A stretch of DNA of 62,090 nucleotides from a virus (taxonomy: Duplodnaviria; Caudoviricetes). How positions within the stretch are numbered: position 1 is the stretch's first letter; every line of letters starts with the position of its first letter. Below the pieces are notes generated by a model, which saw only the letters and a list, made by a program, of their open reading frames with translations, ran no database searches and had not been told where the DNA came from. Below, piece after piece: positions 39,888 to 47,838 of the stretch. The stretch is taken from positions 1 to 62,090 of the IMG/VR virus record IMGVR_UViG_3300042527_000115, one strand, 5' to 3'. The translations under genes were made by a program, and so were the position numbers.

Positions 39888-40519
39888 ACTTTGTATGCCC
39901 ACTCCCCCCGGTCAAGGTCTGGGTTCGGCCTGAGTATCTCTATGACTTTACCTGCCCATTCGATACGCCGCTGGTCAAGGGCATCTGGGTTAGCGTCAAG
40001 GCTATCCGTGGCGAGGCGTTCAGGTTTGAGACCTATCTCCCTGATTACGGCGCTCTGTACGACAAGCTACCGATCCACGCCTTTTGCTGGGCGCCGATCC
40101 ATGATGAGCTGCCGCTCGATGTCCTCCAGATCTGGGATGCGCTGAGCTATTACGTTACCGTGGTGGAGAAGCCTTTCCTCAAAGGTCTTCGGGCTGAGTT
40201 CTTTGGCAAGGACCGCCAGACCCATGATGGTGAGTACATGTTTACCCTGGATACATGTAACCCAGACCCCAGGATTCCAGACTTCACCCTGTCTGAGACC
40301 ATTGATGAGCATAAGAGCTACAACCTTTTGAAGCTGGACAATGGCCAGTTTGCCCTCCAGCCCAATAACCGCTGCCGGTTCTTTGACCCAGCCTTTAATC
40401 CAGATGTTATGAAGAAACCGGACTTCAGGGTGGCTACCAAGAAATACCGGGTCGAGCAGTTTGCCAAGTGGCGCCTGGGAGATACTGAGACTTTTGATTA
40501 CGATGGGAGGGGAGAATGA
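39884..40519 (+). CDS. Conserved hypothetical phage protein
   Basis: TTG start with AAGGAG RBS; GALYDKLP, EHKS, NGQFALQPNNR motifs. Confidence 0.6.
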   Translation: MNFVCPLPPVKVWVRPEYLYDFTCPFDTPLVKGIWVSVKAIRGEAFRFETYLPDYGALYDKLPIHAFCWAPIHDELPLDVLQIWDALSYYVTVVEKPFLKGLRAEFFGKDRQTHDGEYMFTLDTCNPDPRIPDFTLSETIDEHKSYNLLKLDNGQFALQPNNRCRFFDPAFNPDVMKKPDFRVATKKYRVEQFAKWRLGDTETFDYDGRGE

Positions 40520-40734
40520 ACTATCAAGATAGGCTGGCCAAGGGTGTGGCTGAGCTACAGAAATACCAAAGCACCGCCGGGGAGGTGGTGCAGGTCGAGG
40601 TCGGCCATGACGATGACTGCGGGGTCTTTGATAAGCGGGACTGCACCTGCATCCCGGATATTTACCTGAAGGCCGGGGACAGGACTTGGAAGATCGACCA
40701 GGAGGGCGCCCCTATTTTGTTGACAGTTAACTAG
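40516..40734 (+). CDS. Small Cys-containing protein
   Basis: HDDDC...CTCIPD. Confidence 0.55.
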   Translation: MNYQDRLAKGVAELQKYQSTAGEVVQVEVGHDDDCGVFDKRDCTCIPDIYLKAGDRTWKIDQEGAPILLTVN

Positions 40735-40857
40735 GCAGGGTGTATAACCCGCCTAGATTGCGACTCTCCTCGCGGTCACCATGAAACCTCCTAGCAGTGG
40801 TCCATTCATGGCACCTTCAGTGGTAACCCCCGGCCTAGACACCCGGGGGTTTTTTTA
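40720..40857 (+). ncRNA. Candidate ~100-nt antisense sRNA with promoter and terminator
   Basis: TTGACA-17-TATAAC (40720-40748); two hairpins carrying CTCTCC and ACCTCCT; terminator ACCCCCGG..CCGGGGGT-T6 (40826-40857). Confidence 0.6.
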
Positions 40858-40991
40858 TGGCCGGCCGGGTGTAGGATGGAATCGGAGGGGGTAACAACAG
40901 GATTTGAGGCAACGTGGGTTCGGTTGTTGTACACACCCCCCTCCACCCCTTGCGGAACTTTCCTGGACTGTGATAGTCTTCTACTTGTCGG

Positions 40992-41117
40992 TTGACACCC
41001 GGCGTTTGGCGGTTACTAGGTAGCAACAGAACCCTTTAGTGGGGGCTTGTAGTCATCGTTTGGTAACCGCCCGATGCTGGCCTGTCAAGCCCAAGTCTCC
41101 ACTAAAGGGTTTTTTTA
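40992..41117 (+). promoter_or_regulatory. Interleaved long-stem RNA element (pseudoknot or switch) ending in a U-tract
   Basis: 41030-41049 pairs with 41092-41111 (20 bp, 2 G-U); 40992-41018 pairs with 41061-41088. Confidence 0.6.
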
Positions 41118-41177
41118 TGGGCGCTTGGGATCTGACCCGTAGGTGGGCGGTTCCTGCTGAATCATCGGAGCCTAGTC

Positions 41178-41408
41178 ATGCCGATTGTTTATTCCCGCAA
41201 ATACCTGCCAATGAATGGCCGGTTCTACTGCGTGACTAACCAAGAGCAACATGACCTGGCTAAAAAATTCCCCGGATGTGAGGTGGAATGGTGTCTGAAG
41301 GAGCTGGAGTCTTATCTGGTAGCCAACCCAGAGTCCCAGCAAAGATCAGCCACTAAGACCAAGAATCTCATTCGGATGTGGTTTTCCGGTGCGTCCGCGA
41401 CACGGTAG
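41178..41408 (+). CDS. Small protein resembling the C-terminal domain of phage replication initiators
   Basis: LP.NG..Y.VT......L...FP...V...L......L.ANP...........I..W pattern; GGAG RBS. Confidence 0.45.
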   Translation: MPIVYSRKYLPMNGRFYCVTNQEQHDLAKKFPGCEVEWCLKELESYLVANPESQQRSATKTKNLIRMWFSGASATR

Positions 41409-41668
41409 TTGATGGCTTGAATCGGCTGAATCGCAAGAAAGACACCTAGCGGTTACACCCCCCGTTTAGGTACCAGCCTGTCAGCGAGGGACTGGTGTAG
41501 CCAGGAGGTAAGTGGTGGGACAAGACTCCTGGTGAATGAATCGCTGCCCCCTGGGTTTGCTGGGTTGGCCCCTTGAGTGGCCCTCCGGGCAGGGTAAGAG
41601 CTTCGGCTTCCACCCCTTGGGGATAGAGTAATCTGCACGTATTACATGATTGGAAAGGTAGTCATCTG

Positions 41669-42454
41669 ATGAGAGACCCGTACAGGATTACAGAACCTAC
41701 GGTGATATCGTTCTCGGGAGGAAGAACGTCGGCATACATGCTGCACAGGGTTATGCAATCTAATGACGGACTACCAGAGGACGCAATAGTTTGTTTCGCT
41801 AACACTGGCAAGGAAGAACAAGCAACCTTAGACTTCGTGCATGAGTGTGAAACAAAGTGGAATGCACACATTGTGTGGCTGGAATATCGGTCAGACAAAC
41901 CAAGATTTGAGGTGGTCACATACGAGACAGCTTCTCGGAATGGAGAACCATTTGAGATGCTTATTGAAAAGAAGAACTACCTACCAAACATGGTGGCGAG
42001 GTTCTGCACTCAGGAGCTAAAGGTGCTGGCTATCGATCGGTATTTAAAATCGATTGGATTAGATGAGTACATTACTTTCGTGGGAGTCAGAGCCGATGAG
42101 CCTAGGCGGGTTGCAAAGATCCGTACTCAGGGGGATAAGTTTTGCCCATTAGCTGATGATGGAATAACCGAGAAAATTGTTTGGGATTTCTGGAACAAGA
42201 ATGAGTTTGACCTGAAACTTCCAAAGGTATCAGGAGCTTCAAATTGTGATTTGTGTTTTTTAAAGGGCGCTGGAATTATCGGAGGTTTAATTTCAGAGAA
42301 GCCTGAGAGGGCGGTTTGGTGGGCGAAGATGGAAGAAAAGATTGGTGCCACCTTCAGACCAGACAGACCGTCGTATAAAGAGATGGCAAAGTTTCATGCC
42401 AACCAGGGAAGCTTGTTTGGTGATGAATCTGTTGCTTGCTTTTGTGGGGACTAA
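41669..42454 (+). CDS. PAPS reductase-family protein
   Basis: ISFSGGRTS PP-loop, FANTGKE, RFCTQELK, GVRADE, NCDLCFLK. Confidence 0.85.
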   Translation: MRDPYRITEPTVISFSGGRTSAYMLHRVMQSNDGLPEDAIVCFANTGKEEQATLDFVHECETKWNAHIVWLEYRSDKPRFEVVTYETASRNGEPFEMLIEKKNYLPNMVARFCTQELKVLAIDRYLKSIGLDEYITFVGVRADEPRRVAKIRTQGDKFCPLADDGITEKIVWDFWNKNEFDLKLPKVSGASNCDLCFLKGAGIIGGLISEKPERAVWWAKMEEKIGATFRPDRPSYKEMAKFHANQGSLFGDESVACFCGD

Positions 42455-42658
42455 ATGCCAGCAATACTTACAAACTTACAAGAAAAAGTTTTAATATATT
42501 TGAAGGACCATAAGACACCAGTACTTGCCAAGACTCTAGCAAAAAGGTTTATAGTTAGCGACAGTGCAGTGTCTAGCGCTTTAAAGTATTTACACGAAAA
42601 ACAATTAGCAGACGTAATCAAGGTAGGCAATCAAAAGTTTTATAAACTGAAGGACTAA
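42455..42658 (+). CDS. Winged-helix DNA-binding protein
   Basis: AKTLAKRFIVSDSAVSSALKYL HTH. Confidence 0.65.
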   Translation: MPAILTNLQEKVLIYLKDHKTPVLAKTLAKRFIVSDSAVSSALKYLHEKQLADVIKVGNQKFYKLKD

Positions 42659-42667
42659 GGAGAGAAA

Positions 42668-43537
42668 ATGAAGAAGTTAAATCTTCTCGTCATCCGTATT
42701 GATGGCGGGACACAGGCCCGTGTCGCTCTTGATCAGGCCGTAGTCACAGAATATGCGGAACATATGAAGGATGGGGATCAGTTCCCCCCGATCACAGTGT
42801 TCTATGACGGCAGCGAATATTGGTTGGCTGACGGATTCCACAGATACTTTGCGACCAAAGCCAATGGCATGGTCAGCATCGAGGCAGACGTCAAAGAAGG
42901 TACCCAAAGAGATGCGTTGCTCTATTCGTTCGGAGCCAACGGTCGCCGCGGCCTATCAATGAACTTCGAAGATCGACGCAGCGTTATCAAGCGGATGCTG
43001 GAAGATCAAGAGTGGAGCCAATGGACCAACGCTCAAATCGCCAAGCACATTGGCGTATCCAAGATGACGGTGGGCCGTATCAAGGCGCAGCTGGAGGCAG
43101 AGAAGGGCGCAGAAGAGGCACCTACCACCAAGAAATATATTGACAAGCACGGCAACGAATCCACGATCAATACCAAGAATCTTGGTAAAAAATTCTCTAA
43201 GAACCAAGAAGAACCAACTCTAGATAGAAAGTTAATAGAGGCCGAAAAGTTGGAAGAGGATGACAGGCTTAAAGAACTAGCCGACACCATCCGGGAACTT
43301 GAGGAAGAAAATACCCTATTGAAAGACAAGATGGCGATCGGTCAATGGGACGCCTCGGAGATTGAGAAGATCGATGCCGAGGAGCTGATCAAGGATTTAC
43401 GCAGCCAGATCAAAGTGCTGGAGCTGGACAACAAGGCACTTAGGGATAGTCGGGATATGTTCCAGAATCGTAATGCGGAATTATTGAAGACCGTCAAGAC
43501 ATTAATGTCTAAACTGAAGAAGGCAGGAATTGAATGA
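42668..43537 (+). CDS. ParB-like N-terminal domain + HTH + coiled coil
   Basis: TQAR...FPPITVF...LADGFHR; WTNAQIAKHIGVSKMTV. Confidence 0.8.
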   Translation: MKKLNLLVIRIDGGTQARVALDQAVVTEYAEHMKDGDQFPPITVFYDGSEYWLADGFHRYFATKANGMVSIEADVKEGTQRDALLYSFGANGRRGLSMNFEDRRSVIKRMLEDQEWSQWTNAQIAKHIGVSKMTVGRIKAQLEAEKGAEEAPTTKKYIDKHGNESTINTKNLGKKFSKNQEEPTLDRKLIEAEKLEEDDRLKELADTIRELEEENTLLKDKMAIGQWDASEIEKIDAEELIKDLRSQIKVLELDNKALRDSRDMFQNRNAELLKTVKTLMSKLKKAGIE

Positions 43538-43761
43538 AGCGGGTGGAAATGGCAAGAGATTATTCAGAGTTTTTGATTCGCGCCAAGATGACATTAAGAA
43601 ACATTGAAAAAGCGATGAATGATGGGAATTTAGATGTGGCGATGTTCATGTCTAATGAGTTAAAAATTACAGCAATACTGATGCATGACTCGATAAGTCA
43701 AAAGGAGTTGGCTAAGTCATAGCCCTAGCTGCGGGGGAATCGCAGCGGTTAAGGAGAGAAA

Positions 43762-45237
43762 ATGGATTTACAGCTTTGGGATCACCAGATGCAGGTGATC
43801 GACAAGCTGCGTGAGGGCTTCCGTCAGGGCCATCGGGCGCAGCTTTTATACGCACCAACAGGATTTGGTAAGACAGAGGTGGCGATCTATCTGATGAAGG
43901 CCACCGCGGATAAGTACAACAGCGCAGCGATCATCCTAGATCGCTTGGTACTGGTAGATCAGACCAGCAACCGACTGACAAAGTACAAGCTTGACCATGG
44001 CGTATTCCAATCAGGCCATTGGAAATACGATCGGCATAAGCGGTTACAGGTTACATCAGCCCAGACCATGGAGCGCAGGGATACATTCCCAGAGGTGGAC
44101 ATGGTGATTGTCGATGAGTGCCATATCACCAGGAAACAGACGACCGAGTTCATCAAGAACAATCCTGATGTCAAGATCGTAGGTCTTACAGCCACGCCAT
44201 TTACCAAGGGACTCGGATCGATCTACACCAATGTGGTCAACGGAGCCACGACCGACTGGCTGGTCAGAAACAAATATCTCACCCCGTTGCGCGTGTACAT
44301 CGCTAAAGAGATTGACATGACCGGGGCCAAGAAGGTGGCCGGCGAGTGGTCCCCCGATGTGGTGACCGAGCGCGGGATCAAGCTGACCGGAGACATCGTT
44401 CAAGAGTGGATTCGCAAGACGCATGAGATCTTCGGACGGCCACGTAAGACGATCGTGTTCTGTGCAGGCGTAGCCCATGGTGCGGATCTTGTAGAGCAGT
44501 TTGCCCGGGAGGGATTCAACTTTGTGTCGATCAGCTACAAAGATAACGATGACTTCAAACGAGCAGCCATCGAGGACTTTGCCAAGCCAGACACAGAGAT
44601 CCACGGCCTGATAGCTACGGACATCTTGACCAGGGGATTCGATGTCCCGGATGTGATGATTGGCGTATCGGCCCGGCCGTTCTCAAAGAGCCTGGCATCC
44701 CACGTTCAGCAGATGGGACGGGTAATGCGTGGCCATCCAGAGAAAGAGTTTGCGGTATGGCTAGATCACTCAGGTAACTACCTCCGATTCCGGGATGATT
44801 GGGACGAGGTGTACGAGGAAGGCATTCAGAAGCTGGACGAGAAGATCGAGAAGGCAAAGCGAGAGCCGACCGAGAAGACCAAGAAAGAATCCAAGTGTTC
44901 AAACTGCGGGCATCTATGGCCACGCAACGCAGACATCTGCCCATCATGTGGTCATGTGAGACAGAAGCGTAACCACGTTGAAGCGGTGGCGGGAGAGCTG
45001 CAAGAGCTGGTTCAAAACGGGCGGGCAATCAGGGATGAAAAACAAAAGTTCTACTCCGAGCTGATCTACATAGCGAACGAGAGGAACTACAAATCAGGAT
45101 GGGTTAGTCACAAGTATCGGGAGAAGTTTGGCGTCTGGCCGAAGAATCTGATGGAGGTTCCAATCCTCCCAAGCAACAAGACCAGAAGCTGGATCAGGCA
45201 TAAGAACATCGTTTGGTCCAAGCGGGTGACGCCATGA
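43762..45237 (+). CDS. SF2 DEAD/DEAH-box helicase with Zn ribbon
   Basis: APTGFGKT, DECH, GLTATP, GFD, QQMGR, CxxC...CxxC. Confidence 0.9.
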   Translation: MDLQLWDHQMQVIDKLREGFRQGHRAQLLYAPTGFGKTEVAIYLMKATADKYNSAAIILDRLVLVDQTSNRLTKYKLDHGVFQSGHWKYDRHKRLQVTSAQTMERRDTFPEVDMVIVDECHITRKQTTEFIKNNPDVKIVGLTATPFTKGLGSIYTNVVNGATTDWLVRNKYLTPLRVYIAKEIDMTGAKKVAGEWSPDVVTERGIKLTGDIVQEWIRKTHEIFGRPRKTIVFCAGVAHGADLVEQFAREGFNFVSISYKDNDDFKRAAIEDFAKPDTEIHGLIATDILTRGFDVPDVMIGVSARPFSKSLASHVQQMGRVMRGHPEKEFAVWLDHSGNYLRFRDDWDEVYEEGIQKLDEKIEKAKREPTEKTKKESKCSNCGHLWPRNADICPSCGHVRQKRNHVEAVAGELQELVQNGRAIRDEKQKFYSELIYIANERNYKSGWVSHKYREKFGVWPKNLMEVPILPSNKTRSWIRHKNIVWSKRVTP

Positions 45238-45521
45238 GAGATCTTTTAGACAGAGTCGAGCGGTTAGGTTGGCAAATGGAGCAGTTCCGTCAGCTACGGG
45301 GCGCCTGCTCATGTGGAGATTCCACAATCCTGGGCGTGATCCATTCGGACACCAAGCCGTGCAGTCTGCCGACCGTTCACTTGCCTTTGACAGATCATCA
45401 GATCCAGGACATCGGGGTGAACTACGCAGACCTGGGTGGGGACATTGGGTGCAAGAACTGGGAACAATTTGCAAGGGCCATAGAAAAGGCTCATGGGATC
45501 GGGGGGATCAATGAGGTTTGA
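45234..45521 (+). CDS. Hypothetical phage protein
   Basis: PLTD..I...FARAIEKAHGI module. Confidence 0.55.
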   Translation: MRDLLDRVERLGWQMEQFRQLRGACSCGDSTILGVIHSDTKPCSLPTVHLPLTDHQIQDIGVNYADLGGDIGCKNWEQFARAIEKAHGIGGINEV

Positions 45522-46341
45522 AGACTTTGCCCGCAGCCACGGGCTGATTATCAACGGCGTCATTCCAGGCAAATGGATCGCCACGCCAACCGAAGATCAC
45601 CCAAGGAAAAGGAACGGACGCTATAAGTACATGGGAGACCATGGCTGGGTTCAGAACTGGGCAACCATGCAGAAGGCTGTGCTGTGGAAATCTGACCGTC
45701 CACAAAGGCTCTCACCGTCTATCTATCAAGCCGTGCGTAACTCTGACAAAGAGCGGGAAGACATGGCCAAGAAAGCCGCGGCTCGGGCTGGCTGGATCTT
45801 GCATAACTCATTTAACGCCCCGCATCCATACATGGACAAGAAGGGATTCCCGGAGGAGCCGACCAAGGTTTGGACAGATGACGACGGCAAGCGCCTGTTA
45901 GTTGTGCCGATGCGGATCAACAACGTGCTGGTTGGCGCTCAACTCATCGATGAAGAGGGGGGTAAGAAGTTCCTGAAGGGACAGCGTTCCAAAGGCGCAT
46001 CCTTCACCATGGACGCAAAAGGACTGCCGATCTTCTGCGAGGGGTACGCCACGGGCCTCAGTATCAGAGCCGTAATGAAGCTCGTAAATATCCGCTATCA
46101 GATCCATGTGTGCTTTAGCGCAGGAAACATACAGGAGATATCTCGGAGCATCCCCGGCGGGATAATCGTCGCTGACAACGATGCAAGCGGAACGGGAGAA
46201 AAGGCCGCGCTTGAAACAGGCAAGCCTTACTGGATCTCCCCCACAACTGGGGAGGATTTCAACGATTTTCATCAGCGCGTTGGTGACTTCAAAGCCAGCC
46301 AATCCCTTAAATCATTAATCATTAAAGCTCAGTCTCAGTAG
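45511..46341 (+). CDS. TOPRIM-domain primase
   Basis: CEGYATG, FSAGN, IVADND, DFND. Confidence 0.85.
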   Translation: MRFEDFARSHGLIINGVIPGKWIATPTEDHPRKRNGRYKYMGDHGWVQNWATMQKAVLWKSDRPQRLSPSIYQAVRNSDKEREDMAKKAAARAGWILHNSFNAPHPYMDKKGFPEEPTKVWTDDDGKRLLVVPMRINNVLVGAQLIDEEGGKKFLKGQRSKGASFTMDAKGLPIFCEGYATGLSIRAVMKLVNIRYQIHVCFSAGNIQEISRSIPGGIIVADNDASGTGEKAALETGKPYWISPTTGEDFNDFHQRVGDFKASQSLKSLIIKAQSQ

Positions 46342-46590
46342 CCTGATGAACTTAGCTTCCATCTGACGGACCCTTTCCTTGGACAGGCCGTAAAGATTGC
46401 CTGCCTCGGAGAGGGTGCCGCCTTCTGCCCGCTTCTTCAAGATAGCCCAATACTTTTCCCGATTGTCTGGTGCCACCTTCTTAAGCAGCTTATCGAAGTC
46501 TTCCCGCGAGGGAAAGTCCACCAGTCTATACGGCATATTGGGATCACCCGTTTGAATCGGGACTCGCCCGCCTGCATCTTTCAAATTCAC
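46315..46590 (-). CDS. Sigma70 region-4-like HTH protein
   Basis: TLSEAGNLYGLSKERVRQME; AAGGAG RBS right after the last array anchor. Confidence 0.7.
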   Translation of the reverse strand: MNLKDAGGRVPIQTGDPNMPYRLVDFPSREDFDKLLKKVAPDNREKYWAILKKRAEGGTLSEAGNLYGLSKERVRQMEAKFIRLLRLSFND

Positions 46591-46610
46591 TTTGTTACTC
46601 CTTTATCCTT

Positions 46611-47329
46611 AACTGCCTTACCTCACCGAACCGAACCAAACTCTAAATCACCGTGCCTTGACTGCCTTGCCGCACCATTCCGCGCGTAGCCACGCCCCGC
46701 GTAACCAGTCGACACCACGACTGCCATACCGCATCAGACCTCGCCTCGCCTCTGGCTCCGGACCATAGCTGCCTAACCGATCCCGACCAAATCAGACCGT
46801 TGCACACCGCTTCGCAACTAGCCAAGCCCAGCCGCACACAGCCTAGACTGCCCAACCACACCATTCCTTGCCCCACCTTGTCATACCGCGCCGGATCGCA
46901 CACCACCCAGCCTGAACTGCCTTACCAAACCCAACCTGACTAGTCCCAGCCTGATTACGCAAAACTACGCCCTGCCGAACTGCACCTAGACTGCCCAACC
47001 AAACCACTCACTACCGCGCCATGCGCTAGATGTCCCGACCTATCCACGACTGCCAGACCATATCTCGCTGGACCCAACCAAATAACTCGCTACGCAACCA
47101 TGACTGCCATGCTCCACCAAATCTCGCCTGACCTGTCGCTGTGTAACCTCGACAGACCTAGACTGCCTAACCCCACCTTACACCACCTATCGCCGCCGGT
47201 CCTCAACTCTCCATGGCTGCCAAATCTTTCCGCTTGCTACCGTGTCTAAACTATCCAAGCGCCACCAAGACTGCCCTGCCCAACCCAACTCTACGAGACC
47301 AGTCCTAACATATCCAATCCCCGACTGCC
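46611..47329 (-). repeat. 12-unit pentamer-periodic array (GGCAG-YY-[NN-GGH]n), candidate guide-RNA array
   Basis: 13 CTGCC anchors on + at 46613, 46662, 46721, 46769, 46848, 46917, 46991, 47050, 47104, 47163, 47217, 47271, 47325; spacings 49,59,48,79,69,74,59,54,59,54,54,54. Confidence 0.9.
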
Positions 47330-47334
47330 GTGCG

Positions 47335-47352
47335 GGGGGACCGAAGTCCCCC
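47335..47352 (-). promoter_or_regulatory. cUUCGg tetraloop hairpin at the 5' end of the array
   Basis: GGGGGAC-TTCG-GTCCCCC on - strand; no U-tract follows. Confidence 0.8.
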
Positions 47353-47358
47353 ACCAAG

Positions 47359-47838
47359 TTACATCTTTACCGCTTCTTTTACTCGACCTAAGTCTTCTAA
47401 AAGATCATCGATCTGGCCGTTCATACCAAGAGCTTCAGCGTGTAGCTTGGCTCTTTGCAAGTGTGATTCAGCCCGAGCAAACTCCATGACGATCGACTCC
47501 CTTGCTAAATCAGAACTGGTCTTGAGTTTATCGATCGATACGTAGCCCTGCTCCATCGAAGCAGCCTCCGGGTCTCGCACGTAGTAAACCGTGGAAATCT
47601 TTCGGTTTTCCGTAGTGATCACCACCCGAACCGAGGTGATGATCTGACGGGCTTGGAACAGTCGATGCTGATGTGCAGCTAGTCCATCATCCCACTCAAA
47701 CAAACCATGCAGGATCGAATTAGGATCTTTCGCTGCATCTAACACTAGGTCAGGAGTGAGCCGACCGCCGTTTAGATCAGCAATCTCTGCAAGCTTTTCA
47801 GCAACTAATTCTCTGTCTTTGATGATTGCGGTACTCAT
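47359..47838 (-). CDS. Conserved accessory protein coupled to the RAMP-like gene
   Basis: LTP..V.DAA.DP.S.LH..FEWDD..AA...RL.QAR motif; ATGA overlap with the upstream gene. Confidence 0.75.
   Translation of the reverse strand: MSTAIIKDRELVAEKLAEIADLNGGRLTPDLVLDAAKDPNSILHGLFEWDDGLAAHQHRLFQARQIITSVRVVITTENRKISTVYYVRDPEAASMEQGYVSIDKLKTSSDLARESIVMEFARAESHLQRAKLHAEALGMNGQIDDLLEDLGRVKEAVKM

Noticed and set aside
40756-40811. CsrA/RsmA sponge RNA on the - strand (GGA loops)
   Set aside because: Promoter, terminator and G-U pairs all support the + strand
46643-46906. 87-aa ORF inside the array
   Set aside because: 5-nt rather than 3-nt periodicity, no RBS, low-complexity translation; covers only part of the array
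46611-47329. Canonical CRISPR or TIGR array
   Set aside because: The constant part is only about 7 nt, unit lengths vary in steps of 5, the 'spacers' are internally periodic, and I see no box C/D motifs, Nop-domain gene or cas1/cas2
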